From Marsupella aquatica (taxonomy: Eukaryota > Plantae > Marchantiophyta): 64,000 nt of DNA. Every line of letters begins with the position of its first letter. Positions within the stretch are counted from its first letter, which is position 1. Shown here one piece after another: positions 14,010-27,540 of this stretch. The notes below the pieces were generated by a model. That model worked only from the letters and a program-made list of their open reading frames with translations, was not told the origin of the DNA and did no database searches. A program made the translations under genes and the position numbers. The stretch covers positions 30,201,112-30,265,111 of the forward strand of contig OZ316891.1 in assembly GCA_973895155.1 (NCBI GenBank). Reading direction: 5' to 3'.

Positions 14010-15899
14010 TGTCTCCTGCTTATCAAACGATTTACATGACAAATACGTATTTACTCCTACTGAAATCGTTTGTTACATACATACTCATCCTAGGATTCTA
14101 TTGCATGTAGGATGAGTATGTTTATTTCCGTTCCCATAAATGTAATTTTTGATCAAGTCTATCTACTAGTCCCTCTGCTTTTGATCAAGTCCCATGGACT
14201 ACGCCACACACCCACTCTTGTTGGTCGCTGGTGGAGTGCTGTCACCACCCCCCCTACTCACATGGTTGACCAAACTGTGCAAGGATTCCTTAGACACTTC
14301 TTGGGAAAAGAACACAACTGTGAGCCGGAAAAGATAATGCCACACCAAAACTTGAAGAATCAAACCAAATCCATATCTTTTGGCAAAAAGTGGTAACACA
14401 TTGCAAGGAAAACCCGGCCTCCTGCCGTCTGCCCAACTCCTGCCTCACTGGGGCAAGCGCTACACCTCTACCTCACTACTCTGGCTTGATTTCCCCTTCT
14501 GGCTATGAGCTAACTTCCCTAACACCAATACTAGACTGAGTTCCCCCCTGCTCCTACCAGGGCTGCCCCCTAAATACTGAAAAAAAACACCAAAGCACCC
14601 CTCACGGAGTGGCAACAACGGCGGCAACCCTAGCGGCGCCACCAAAAACATCAAAGAGATAAACTAACCAAAAGCGTGCGGCACACACACGCTGTGAACA
14701 ACCCTAGCCCACTATGGTACCAACGGTGCCTTTGCTGGTACTAACATCCAATCCGTAGTGCATGAAAAGCAAGGCCCTACATTAGTCTTCACCGGACTCA
14801 CTTACTGAACCAGGGCTCCAACCCCTGGAATCCTCACCTCGACCACTAATGATGAGGGTGATGAAATGTTGGCACCGTGACTAGCAGATATGGTGGCACC
14901 GTGACCAGCTTGGGTTTCCCGTGATGACTTACGGGTCTCCCGCAACTGTTTCTCCAACATCTTACTCTTCTCCTTCTCCTTCTCACTCACGGTGCCCTGG
15001 CTTGAGCCCCGTGAGTTGGTCTCCTCATCGCTCTCCATTGGAGTGGATACCACTCCGCTAAACAAGGACTCACTTGAGTCCACCACCTCCTATCCTATCT
15101 ATCTACCCTGCCTACCAGCCTCAATCCTCCTGATCGCCACCACCGGTTTGTTGTAAAAGGAGGGGGGCCCTATAATTGTTGAAACTAAAATTTTCTCAGA
15201 ATTCACTTCTGGAAACATATCTGAGGAGCCCTCCTCTTCCTGATCACAGCTCCGTAAACGGTGCACAAAACGGAGGTCAAACAGCCAAGATATGGTCGTT
15301 TAAGTTTTCACGGGGCACCGTCTCCCTCCGTTTCGTCCGTACAACATCAGGGGGCCCCGGCTTTGCAAAACACGGATCAGGGTTTCCCCGTATGTGCTGC
15401 TACCTCCTCCTTCTCTTGCAAAGCTGGGACCTCCTGCCGTACGGACATTCGTATGGCCTCAAAACTCCTGTATTCTAAAAAAAAAGCGATCTATTGTATC
15501 TTCCCTGTCTTAGCTCCATTTTGGCCGTGTGACACATCGTTGGATTCAGTTCGGCGAGCTCTTTCCAACAAGCCCATAGACTCCTGATTTTGAGATGGTC
15601 AAAAATCTGATGTTCGTACAACCAGGGTCCGTGCACACGTTGAAAGCAAACACAAGAGGGAAAGGGTTTAGGTATGGATGGAAACCCCACAAGTGAGAAT
15701 AGAGAAAAAGGGAAGAAAGAAAGTGTGAGGGCCCCTTCTACGGTGGCCCTTCTACGGTGGGGAAGGGAAAGAGAGCAAAAACAAATGTGAGGACCACACA
15801 AAGTGTGATGGGGAACGCAAGTGTGGGAACCCCTTCCTTCTAAGGGTCCTCCTACCATCACTACTCCAAGATTACTACTGGGTTTGGGGCCCTGTCACA
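14010..15899. mobile_element. ~1.9-kb solo LTR (or LTR-element remnant) nested in the CRE element
   Basis: TG...CA termini with a 5-bp TSD GTCTT (14005-14009 and 15900-15904). Removing it restores the CRE reading frame HLRMS-STEFATAMHLCMGLPHP. Confidence 0.82.
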
Positions 15900-17591
15900 G
15901 TCTTCAACGGAGTTTGCAACAGCCATGCATCTTTGTATGGGCTTGCCCCACCCACTTCTTGTTGGTTTACCTCCTTGCACTTGTGGGAAGCATTGTGATG
16001 CCACAGGTGTCCATCTTCTTTGGTGTAGTTTGGGAGACAAAACCATTTTTGTTCACAATGTTGTGAGAGATGCGACTTCTCAGGTTCTCTCTGGCTCTTT
16101 GGTCTGTGCACGGTGGGAGCTGGTGCTCGAGTTACCCGGTCCTCCATCACAGCGGTTACGGGTGGATCTTACCATGGTCTGTGAGGGTCAACGTACTTTG
16201 GCAGATGTAGTGGTGGCAAACCCATTGCGCCAAGACATCATTGGGACAACGACAATAATGGAAGGGGCAACAACATCACAAGCAGCAACAAGAAAGGAGG
16301 CCAAATATGTTGCAAGAGCTTCATCTAATAGCTTCCTCCCCCTCGCTCTTGAGATATCTGGGCGTCTCCATCATCAGTTCAACGGGCTTCTTCGACAAGC
16401 TGCTTGGGATGTTCATGGCCGGTTGGGTACCACCGGACCCCCGCTATCAGTTTTGACCACGCACTTTTGCCAACACATTTCAGTCACCTTATAGCGTGCT
16501 CAAGCTCGGGCCATCTATCATCGATTTTTGACAGTGGGTGCTAGTGTGACTCTGCAGTGGCTAGCCCCCCTAGAGGACATTCCAGTCCCACTTGCAGATT
16601 TAGTTTTGACATTTGATGTAGACCATTCGCTTTTTGCCACATTTGTTAGGAATGATGAGGACCTCGGTCCATTTGCGGTAGTTTTAGTTACTCTTTCTTG
16701 GTTTTTAGGGGTTTCCTTTTGCTTCCTTCTTTTGCGGTTGGTTTTGTCCACTTGGGACCTCTCTTGTTTTTTCTTTTGTACTCTATTTGGCCTTTTTCTG
16801 TAAAAAGTATGTATATATATTTCTTCCAATTGTATTCTACCCTATTTGGCCCTTTTCTGTAAAAAGTATGTATATATATTTCTTCCAATTGTATTCTACT
16901 GTGAAAAACATTCTTCTAGGATTTCTAGTCCTTCCAATAGGGCTGGTGGGCTACAGTGGCTTTCCATATCGCCAGTTGTACTTTTTCCTCCTTAGTAGCC
17001 AAATACACCTTTGTAGTCTAGTGGTAGCAACTCACATGACACTGATGAGGTCCCAGATTCAGATCTCAATGATGGGTGACTTTGTATCCTATTATTAAAT
17101 GTGGAATGGACCCCGGTAAGTACACATTATATGATCAATAATGAATTCATCGTCCCCTTCAAAGATAGAATCCAAAATATATATCAAAGGACGTCAAAGA
17201 CATATATAAAGCTACAAGAAAAGTTAGAACAAAATCTGAATGGCGATTCTTCACCACCTAAAGTGGCGGCTGATAGTGAGTAGCTCTACGAATTGTTGTC
17301 TGTTGCTATTTTTGTGGCAGAGAGATAGAGAGTTATGTTCTTGTTGGCTAGAAAATGATGCTCCCATGGACCACAAGAGTGATTTGCAAAAACCCCCATG
17401 GAACACTTTTAAAATTTGAGTTTAATTGTAATATCTTGGTAGTAATTTCAGATATGTTTGAGTTTTGAGTATGTGCTAGAGGAAATGTAAGCTACACTTT
17501 CATGAAAGTGACAGTGAATTTTTTGTCATTTTAGTTGAATTATTCATAGTGGGGTGGGCAGGGGTAATTCTCATTGTGTTAATACAAAGTA

Positions 17592-17825
17592 CAAGCCCTA
17601 TGCCAGTGCTTTGCACTGTGCAAGGAGGGCAGGCCCATAGGAATTGGCGGGGGCATTATGGGGCAGCGGGAAGCAAATACATGATAGGGGTGTATATTTT
17701 TCTCATCAATGGTGAGCAAAAACAGCTAATCAAATCCAACGGCTGTGGATCTTTCCCGCCCAGAAGTTTTTTTGTATGGTGACCAAGGACGGAAAAAAGG
17801 CGGGATCCCTTATTATAGTTGTAGA
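17592..17825 (-). mobile_element. Short non-autonomous Helitron-like element
   Basis: On the minus strand it begins A|TCTACAACTATAATAAG. It ends with a hairpin CAGTGC-AAA-GCACTG followed by CTTG|T (one mismatch to CTRR). It sits between A and T with no TSD. Confidence 0.6.
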
Positions 17826-18097
17826 TTGGGGCTTGTGTTTCTTAGGTCTGTTCCTTCTCTAGTTGCCTTGCAGGTGCAAAACTAACCAAAGTTTGAGGAC
17901 TCATAATCATCAAGTTATAAGCCCAAAACTCTCATGGACCGCCAAAATGTGTTCCATGTGAGCACTGTGTCCACCAAGGTGGTCCATCCAGGCTTCCCTT
18001 TCACAAGTATAATCTAAATATTAAAATATTATGTTACCTGGTTAGTTATGACCTATGTTTTCTGAAAAGAGACACTTATATACCAAATTACATTACA

Positions 18098-18121
18098 ATA
18101 TATATATATATATATATATAT
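18098..18121. repeat. (TA)n microsatellite
   Basis: Uninterrupted TA run. Confidence 0.9.
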
Positions 18122-18126
18122 GAATC

Positions 18127-18301
18127 TGAATGCCCATTCTTTGAATGTTAAAAAAAAATTGATTTACAATCAAAATATGTAATCTCATTTTAACTCACAT
18201 ATCTTATCATTTTTTCATCCACATAAAACTTTGTTGGGGCTCTAGAGTCACAGTCTAGATGTCTCACTCTAGAAGTCTAGACCCCAAATCTAGCTTCGCA
18301 T
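18127..18301. repeat. Dispersed repeat, copy A (copy B at ~47335-47502)
   Basis: Shared blocks tgaatgcccattctttgaa, tttttcatccacataaa and gggg..tagagtcac..tctaga..agacccca..tctagcttc.cat. Confidence 0.65.
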
Positions 18302-20210
18302 GGAGATTAGTTTCAAATGTGACAAAGAATACACATGCTATATCGAATGTACAATGATGGAGAAAATGACACAAGCGACTTGGTTTGACAAGGACAACTC
18401 TAGTTTCCCGATCTATCTAAGGAATTCATGTCAAAGAATTTAGAGGTCAAAGGTACCCTGGCAGAGTGCTACAGTGGTACCCCGTGCATAAATGTATTGG
18501 GACCCACACAAGAGTAACTTTTCTCTTCTGGGGGTGTTGTAACTCATTATGGAGGACCTTTCCACAATTTAGGGGCTAATAATTTGTTCGCTTTTCCTCG
18601 TTTCATGTTTCGGCTTCGCACAAAATACTCTAGTAGGATTCTTACTTTGGAGACATGTTCTACGATGTGGTTAATACGCAGCATGCTCAAAATTGGGCAA
18701 GTGGGCGAGTTCGTGAACTATGTGAGAATTGGAAAGTGAAAAATCCCACCAAAGTTTATAAACCAGAAAATCAAAGTACAATGAAAGGAAGAAAAAGTGG
18801 TCCAAAGAAAAAGAGGTCCAAATTGGAAAGTTGCTTTTCACTCTTGAGTTTCCAAAATCGTTAAGCCCTTCAGCACAACAATTATTCCAGATTAAAGATT
18901 TGGATACTTTGGGTTTTTCCCCCTTTTCAAAGATTGAAAGGGAATCTACCTCTGAAAGTAAGTGCCACACAACACTTTTGAGAGATTGGGTATTGTTGGC
19001 TAAATCTTAGCCTCTCCTTGCTTTCTCTTTGACTTTGAATGTTTGAAAAGATTTCACAAAAAGAAACACAAAGTGTAGTCTCCATAACCATCTGAGTTAT
19101 AAAGTAGTGCCCCAGATTCTGGACTTGCTTTGTAGTATAGATTCTACTAGTCTGAGATAAGATGTTGAGGCATGACGAAGAAATCCAAATGAGGCAAAGA
19201 AGTTTTTGAGGGCTCTTATGTGTTGTTGTGCCATGCCATCATCTTGCCCATGTTGTCCTTGTGGCCATTAGGGTGTCTCAGCCATGTGGTCATTGTGGAC
19301 ATACTGTCAAAGTGGTTGAATGTGCTGTCAGGTGTGCAGCAATACCCAACTGCGCATTACATGAAAATGTCAAGGTGAGAAGAAGAATTGCAAGTAAAAC
19401 AAAGAAGTATGGTTGAGATGAGGCGAATTGCAAGTGAGGATTGTCATTGTGACCATACGATCATTCCAAGCATATGGTTGTGATGCAACAATGCCTACCA
19501 CTGTGGATTTGGCATTGCTTTTCACATATTCCTGGATCAAGCAATTATATCAATGTCATCGACTGGTCCATTTTGTTGGTGAATCTGCTAAACAGTGTGG
19601 CATCATGTTGTCATCCTCCACAATATGATTGTGGAAGAGGAGGATGTCACAACATTAAACAGTGAATTCCTGTTTGAGCAAAAGATGTGGAGTGGCAGCA
19701 CCCTCCTTGACCTCCACTTTAGTTTGCTAGGCTCACCCATAGTGTGGCCCACATTGGCATGTGCATAGTGCTGGGAACTGAAGTTGGACCTCATTGAGCA
19801 TATGTTGCAATTGCATGGAGAGGGTGATGAGTGATGCGAGGTGTGATCAAGTATTCATTGCAAGTGTAGGGACCTCGGAGGGACCTGCATTGCAGAATGT
19901 AGACTTGTACTCAATTATTTGAGTAAAACTCTTCACATTTCAGTGTACATTTGCAGATGCAATTTGATACTATGTATAAGAGCCGCCCTTTTTAATTTCC
20001 AAAACCAAAATGTACAATGTGTTGGTTGCGCCAACATTGTGGTGGTTCCAGAAAAATAGGTAGTTGCTTGAGCACCCTACCAAAAATTATTGCTACAAAA
20101 TAGGTACTCTCACCGTGATAGCCCTACCCAAAACCAAAATTCCAATCTAGATAAGTAGTTGGTATTGGCCATTGTTGCAAATTGGATATTGCTACGAGAC
20201 TGACTACATA

Positions 20211-20507
20211 CTCGGGGGTTTCACTTCCACAAAAATGGCATATCACGTGCGACGAAGGATAGGGTCATTTTATTGGTTCTAAGGGAAGACTTAAGAATTT
20301 TTGTAGAAGAACAATAGGGTCTTTTAAATTCAATTTTGAGACTTATAAGAATATTAGGGTCTTTTTAATCCAATTTTTAGAATATTCCAAGAATATTCCA
20401 ACTTTATAGGGGTTAAAAAATTAATTTTTTTTCTTACATTTTAGGGGGTCCGAGGCCTAAAAACGTCGCAGGCGATGGGGAGGTCCCCATATAGTGAGAC
20501 CCCCGAG
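20211..20507. mobile_element. 297-bp MITE (CTCGGG family, copy 2, divergent subfamily)
   Basis: TIR CTCGGGGGTTTCACT / AGTGAGACCCCCGAG with perfect 8-bp TSD ACTACATA. The subterminal ggcatatcacgtgcgacgaag is shared with copy 1. Confidence 0.9.
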
Positions 20508-23500
20508 ACTACATAGCACTAAAATAAGCCCCACTATAATGGCTTCCCTCATGGGGTTGCAACTCTTCACGCATCTGAATCTATTGAAGAGGTGTCATTA
20601 GAAAATGTGGTCTAGTTGGACCATGATTTACTGACAATGCCATTATGAGCCTCTGCTCCTTGTTGAGCCAGACTTTGTACTCAAGTCTGCACTAGGCCTC
20701 CTTCCGTTTTTGTTCCTTGTCCAGAGCAATTCTATCTTTGACATTGGGGACCATCACCTTTTGTTGGCTCCTATATATATATCATGAACTCCTTGTTTCT
20801 TTGTTGGCTTGATTTTTTGGTGTTGTCAATGACCCTCTCTCAGTGTGTGGGTGCAATGTGGATCCTTTAGACATAGCCGTGTCTTCTACACCTTGGACTT
20901 TTGATTGTGTGTACTCTACCACCTTCTCCTTCCCAGGTGACTTTCCTTCTTGCTTGCACATGCCCTTGCAAATGAGTAAATCATAATGTAGAACTGGACA
21001 GTCAATGTCCACAAAACAATGGAGGGAAACATTGAAAGAGGCAACCACAACAGATGTGAGCAAGGGCTAGTGATCGACAATAGAATTGGTGAAAAAACTT
21101 GTTCAAGCAACATACATAAGTGAATTATCTCGGAACACACTTGAGTACAAGAAGCCAATGAAGTTTGCTCTGAAGGGACCTATGTTGCAAAAATGATCAA
21201 GGATGGGAAAGAAGTATTGGTTGATGGAATCTATGAGTTCACTTGTCGGTACAATTCACAAGGAATGGAAGGAAGTCGTTGTTGAAAATATCAAGGCATG
21301 TTGTCTTTACAATGAGCACCTGTCAATCCCTACTGGTAATTGTTCCCGCCTTGCTATATGATTTCCATTATACTAACTCTTGTCTCTGTCATACTGGATG
21401 GCATATCAGATGTGATGGTTTCTACCCTTGGATGCCGCTCATCTCAATGTCAACACAATTTGCAATCAAAGTTTCTCACACTCAAACTGAATGCACACAA
21501 AAAAAGTCAGGCCATAAAAAACTAGAATACAAGGTCCCACCACTTTTTATAGTGGTCGTCTTACAAAATATAGTGTCACCTATGCCAAAGGAAATCAGGA
21601 AAGTAAAGCTAGAAGGGGTCATGAATGTTGGGATAATATCTAGACCAAAAGAGACAAAGTCAACACATGTGAACAAACATCCATAAACTCTGACAATGAA
21701 AGTACATGGTTAACCCGTCTGGGCTATGTCTATAGAGTTGGGTTTAGAGTAAGAACTTAACTATTCTTCTCTTTAATAGCCTGAATTCGTTCCCCTTAAG
21801 AGCTATTGAGACCTGAAAGATTGTATTATAATACTTTGAGTACTTTTGAGTAACATACTTAGGTTGATGGAAGGAATTTTGTGATACTTCCATAAAAGTT
21901 ATGACATTTTTACCGTCTATAGTGCAATCAAAAGGGGGTAAATAAACACAACCAAAAGCTGGTGGCATGAAGAACTATTATTAAGCAAGTCATAGTTGAT
22001 AATACACCCTATCACTACATGGTAACTCATGACCAGCGGTAGTACATTAAGAATTATTGGTGTAAAAACTCATCTATAGTGATGCTTAATGATTATCCTC
22101 AAACCAACCATCTTCAAATCTATAAAAGATTCATATAAGGTAGCCGGTGTTAACTTTCTGACCAATGTCAAGGCAAAGGTGGTACTGATCACTCTGAACT
22201 ATCTTATTCCTTTATTCAATCCTTCAGATTGCTCTTTTAGGTCTATGCAATTTATGAGTTCTCGTATGGTGCATCTTCCACTAGTACTTAATAAACCATA
22301 AGTACTTCATAATTAACATGAATCCTTAGACCTTTGCATGACCTCAGGCATGCATTTCCAGTCAGCCTAAAGGTTAACTATGACATTGCCAGTCACTTTA
22401 CACTAATGTCCAAACACAAAGTCATAGATTGTTAAAGTAAAACTCTCAATGAGAAGGAGACTTAGAGTTTTGAAAGATAATTCATGAAAATTGTATTAAG
22501 TCTGAGGGTCAAGGAAGAAACTCTCTCTTATATAGTAGAGAGATCCCCTTGAGAAAATCGAGGAGAAAATACATGAAAAGACATGCCTTTTCATTATGTC
22601 AGAATTAATAAGGTTTACTAGATAAAACTAATTACACTAGATGAAAGGGGAGAGCATAATCTTCATTCCTTTCCTACAAAACATGGAAAATGGTTGGAAC
22701 AAAGGCTAAAAACATATTTCCAGTTCAACCTCTTTTGGAATATCATAATCTGGTTTAACCAGATTTAACGAGGCAGTAGCCGGTTCATTGGCGTAGGTAA
22801 AATGTAGGAGTACAAGAATAATCACAATGATGATTGAGTCTCTCCATCTTCCAATGAATAGATACATCTTTTCATAATATCCTTTCATACTTTGTCAACC
22901 GTTTTGATTGGTTAAGGTCCATTGCCATGGATCATACTCTCTATTGATCCAAAGTCATTCTTGAAAGTCTAATAGTGTGGAAATAACGCTTCAAAATCTT
23001 CATTACATTCTTTGTTTGGAAATCTCATATATCTCTTGGTTGCATCGGTTGGAGTCTCATAATCTTAAGTGGGTCAATTTCATATTTCTTTATATCAATC
23101 TTAACCGTCTCAAAAAGAGCTTTCCAACACTTTACAGATCTTGAATTGGATAAATGGTTTGAGAGTTATGGTCAATTTTCTACCGGGTGGTATATTCAGG
23201 CCGGTTCAGATTTCGGTTCAACCGGTTTCTGGTCTGTCAACTTGTTTTGGTCTCTTGGTTAGACTATGAGTCTATTCTAAATTCATGGTTTACTCTTCAG
23301 GTCTTTGGTATGATGTCATTCTCTCATAAGAATATCTCGGGTTGAAAACATTGGGAAGCCTTCCAACTGGATTAGGGAGGTTGAACTGGCTTCAATGTTT
23401 CCGACTTAAATTTAGAACACAATAATTTCTAGTTAAGGTTCCTTAATTGTCTCAAAGTTGCATTGGAGGCCTCTAAGGTAGGATTATAAACATTTAAACA

Positions 23501-25199
23501 GTAAAAATCTCAAGACTTTCCTTCTTTTCTCTCTTTAAGAAATAAGTATCATCTCACAATGTCCATGACTGTAAGAGAAATTCAGTAATGCAAAATGATT
23601 ACACTCGCCATAACTAACATGCTAGAGCTCCTCCTCTCACTCTAGCCCTCCTATTGTTTCTCCTAAAGAGTGAACATTCAAGTGTGAGCACAAGTTTGTG
23701 TTCCCCTTGGGTACACCTCCTCTCATGGTCTATGGGAACCTGGAATTCAAAAAAGTGCTATCCTAGTCTGTTGAAGTCAAGCTAGTACTATGGAAGTCAA
23801 TAGCTATACTAGAAGGATAGCCTAACTATCGAAAACAAGCCACGGCAAAAGCTATAGGGGGAAGAATCCTACTTGATTCTGTACTTGATCCTCCTCATCA
23901 TAGTACAAGCTTGCAACAAGTAAGTCACTCTGCTTGACCTCCTCAATGTACTTACAAGTACTCTCACTTGTCCAATTCATGGCCATTGTCTTCTTTGTAT
24001 TTCCCTGCCCCAATGTACTTCCCATGTGCCATGCAATGCAAGGAGAGTGTAGTAGCCCTCCCCTTGGTACTCCCATGAAATGAGTACGTTTTATAAAACA
24101 AATTATATACTTGGCACAATTCAATATGTATTTATGTCAAATAGCAAGGGGTTGGGGGCCAAACTACTCTTGGCTAGTAGGGTGGTAGGGTTTAGGGATG
24201 CATATATATGAGGGGACCACCACATATGACAACATCTTTTACATAACTAAGGTCATCTTTGTGTAATGGCATCTTTTGTGCAATGTCATCTTTTACACAT
24301 CAAGAATCTTTTGCACAACATCATATTTTTCGTGAATGACATCTTTTGTGCAAGAAAGTCTTTGACTTAACGATATCTTTTGTGTCGCGAGGTCTTTTAC
24401 CAAATGACATCTTTGATTTAATGACATGTTTTGGACCCAACATATTTTACACAACAGCATCTTCCGTGCAACGCATGAGATTAAACTTGTGTTATACATA
24501 TTAACATGGCAGACATTGAAAATAGCGAGGACCATTATTATTAGATGACAATGTAAGTTGCTTGCATGTTGCAAGCAATCTACATCTATAATATTTGATC
24601 CTGCTCATTTTTGTCCTTCATCTCATTACAATTTTTCTTTTTTGGCGGGAATGAATGACAGCCATTAGATTGTTTGGGTGATTTTTTGTAACCGTTTGAT
24701 TATTAATTAATAATAGGAAGGATGTATGAAATCGTTTCACTATGGTTCCATGGCCAAGGTAACAATAAACACATCATGACATTGCAATAGCAAGAACAGT
24801 TGTAATTGAGAGCATATCCAAAGATCAGGGAGACGGTAGCGAGAACTTGGCATGGAGGAAAAAAAGGGGAGGGCCACATAAAGAAAAAAAGGAACAAAAA
24901 TTGAGGAAGAGGAGAATGAAAAAGGTAGAGAAAAACATAGAAGGGGATAAAGTGACATAATTTTGTATTTTCTTGCCCCTCATTTTTCAAAAACAAATAT
25001 GTATATATCTATGTATTTAGAATATTAATAAATTTAATTTTAATAAAAACTGCATCATTTTTTTGGGTGATCATGCTACGACTTCGTGATGTAATGGCCA
25101 CTCTCACCCATCTTGCATCTCCATGTTCTCAACTTCATCCTCCTCAACAATAACACATTCACAATAATGACAACATTTTGCAACAATGACAAACTGACA

Positions 25200-25730
25200 C
25201 CATCAAACAATGACATTTTTCATGCAACATCTTTTTACGGTGCATAAGGAATGAGTTTGTCTGCATTGTTTTATGTTTCCTTGACAACTCTGCCTCACCC
25301 CCACATTTTTTTCTCCTTTCAACGTATTTTCTTCACCTCAACATCTTCTGTGCAATGCACAGGTGCCGACATTTTTTGTGTTCTTTCCCTCACCCTCGAC
25401 ATCTTTTCTCTCCTCGAGATGTTTTCCTCATCTTTATATCTTTTTCTCACCTTGCCATCTTTTTTCTCCTCAGCATCTTTTTTGCACTTTGACTTCTTTT
25501 CCTCACCTCGACATCTTTTTCTTTCATCGACAACTTTTTTCACACCAACATCTTTTCTTAGCCCCTCAACATCTTTTTCTCTCATCGACAATTTTTTCAC
25601 ACCAACATCTTTTCTTTGCCTCGACATCTTTTCTCTCATTGACACTTTTTTCACACCAACATTTTTTCTTTGCCTCGACAACTTTTTTCACACCAACATC
25701 TTTTATACACCTCAACATCTTTTGTGCAAT
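25200..25730. repeat. Degenerate low-complexity tandem repeat (acatctttt-based), probably TE-internal
   Basis: Many copies of (g/c)acatctttt(tt)c / cacaccaacatc. A similar tract lies at 24230-24470. Confidence 0.6.
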
Positions 25731-25787
25731 GATAAGAAACACCAGGCACCTGGGCTAGTCAATGATAACAACAAAGCTAGATGGTAC

Positions 25788-26034
25788 CTCAGGGGGGGGG
25801 CACTTCCATGGAAGTGGCATATCATGTGCGACGAAGTATAGGGCCATTTAAATGGTTTTGGCGGAAGACTTATTAAGTCTTCTATGGAAATATAGGGTTG
25901 TTTAATTGCAAAATGCATACGTGTCATCACATGATTGGTGTCGTACAACTTTCTAGAAAGTGACTTATGGGGGTCATAAATGACCCAAACCGTCGCACGT
26001 GATGTATGACCGTTCATATAGTGACCCCCCCGAG
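25788..26034. mobile_element. 247-bp MITE (CTCGGG family, copy 3), nearly identical to copy 1
   Basis: Internal sequence is almost identical to 13556-13800. TSD GATGGTAC / GATGATAC (8 bp, 1 mismatch). Confidence 0.9.
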
Positions 26035-26559
26035 GATGATACATAATTATCAAGTACTCTACATGAATCAATACAAATAATTGCTTTCATGTTGGTACTT
26101 GATCAAGCCAACTGCTGTTGCATTCTGCTATTGTGTTGCCGCCTCTTTAGTAACCAGGTCCTCCTAGTCTTCATCGTCTTATTTCTCCTTTGTTTGGCCA
26201 AGAATCCAGATAAATTTGGCATTGAGCATTGACTTGGAGCTCATCCACCTCACCCCAAGGTATCTTCCAAATTGTGCTAAAAATAGGTTAAAGAAGGATG
26301 AGTGGAAGGATGCAATGGGTTGAATGAATTGATACCATAAGCACGGGCAAGGGCACAAAGGTGCACGTATCTGAACGTGCAAGGAGAATGTTCTCCTGGA
26401 ACTCCACATTGCTCCCTTTCAAAACAAGATTCAAAACCACATTGTGTTTCTGGAACTCCACATGTATTTGTTTTTCATTTGCACTTGTTGTGGTAAGTGG
26501 ATCCTCCTCCCACAGAGGGGGTAGCCCCTTTATTTGATGAAGCAATGCCCGCTCTACCA

Positions 26560-27353
26560 CTTGCCTCTTCTGAAGCAAGAATTGCTTTGCTGGAGCGTCC
26601 AGATTGGTGAGGTACTTGAAATAATTAACACCCACAATAGGCATTGTTGCAAAGATCCAATTATTTCAAGTTGACCTCACCAATGAGAGCAGTGACATCT
26701 ACTAAGGCACTTACATTCTTGCTATTCTTCCTCTCAATTTTTTCCAGCTCCTTTGCCTTCTTGTTCCCCAATGGCCTCTCAGTCACCATTTCTGATGTGG
26801 CGGTCTGGTTGGCTAATGTGTAATCCTTCTCATCTGCGCATGTGGAAATTGATGTAAAATTCTACATTTGCCTTTGCTTCCGTTCCAGTTTGTCCAAGAG
26901 TTTCTCATTCAATTTGGGCAGCAACCTGCCACTTAGGGGAGTCCTTAATAATCTTTCGAGCTTCATCAAATTGAAATTGAACCCCCTTCTTTGTTGTTCA
27001 TTGATATGGAACTTTGGCTTTCTGATTTTGCTCATCCTCGTTTGTGCCACTCTCATTTTAACTCCAGAATGGGCGACATGGCACAGACTAGAGTTTAACT
27101 TTGCACAGTCGTGATTGATGTTGCCCCACTTTCATCCGAGGACCTCACTGACCTTGGGACTTTCTTCCCAACACCTAGGTTCTTCCTTTGGAATTTTGCC
27201 ATAGCCTTGGTAAAATGTTGCTTGATTTTGCCCCAATAAACATCAGACTCCTGTTGAGCTCAACACAAGAGCATAAGCTGCAAGCAAGCCAGAACCTGAC
27301 AATCTGTTCTATCTAAATATTACTAAAATTTGATGGCTTCATTGCTCTGCCAT
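26560..27353 (-). pseudogene. Decayed PIF/Harbinger-type Myb/SANT-like (NAM-associated) ORF
   Basis: Minus-strand fragments QESDVYWGKIKQHF, KWGNINHDCAKL and ERPLGNKKAKELEK resemble the W..I...F / W..I..DC.KF / RP.G.KKAK motifs of Harbinger ORF1 proteins. Multiple stops and frameshifts. Confidence 0.6.
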
Positions 27354-27540
27354 TGCCCGTGCGGTCAACTGGTGTGTTGTGTGCACACAACAAAATTGAG
27401 GTTGACAGATTGGATGTTGGGCGAGAGAGGTGCATGCAAGCAATGAGGAAACTTTGAAGGACATGAGTGATTGATCAGAAACAAGAGACAGCTTGAGGGG
27501 GCATTCATTCTGTATAAAGTGTAGAGCTCCTAGTGTCGTC

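Larger units (their letters stand above)
10900..16899 (+). mobile_element. Degenerate CRE-clade non-LTR retrotransposon (RT + restriction-like endonuclease), interrupted by two nested insertions
   Basis: Frameshifted RT motifs: AAGGPSGYVFEH, GVRPIAVGEVF, GVPGSCETIIAGI..HPDWVVLQVDVSNAFNTVSR, GTRQGDPLGG, SLSDDTHI. After the insertions come a CCHC knuckle (CTCGKHCDATGVHLLWC), HNVVRD, RVD..LADVVV..RKEAKY and FLPLALEISGRL (RLE domain). T-rich 3' UTR. The 5' boundary is approximate. Confidence 0.85.

Noticed and set aside
18400-24200. Specific retroelement calls for the decayed sequence (LTR-like TATA tract ~22520, ISRHVVF ~21290)
   Set aside because: Probably old TE debris, but I found no termini, TSD or sufficient protein motifs to classify it.
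24579-25758. Plus-strand Helitron (A|TCTACATCTATAATA ... CTAG|T)
   Set aside because: The terminal hairpin is weak and the internal repeat also occurs upstream of the supposed 5' end, so the boundaries are not supportable.
25251-25841. 196-aa F/S/T-rich ORF and its antisense ORFs
   Set aside because: They are a product of the acatctttt low-complexity repeat plus MITE sequence.
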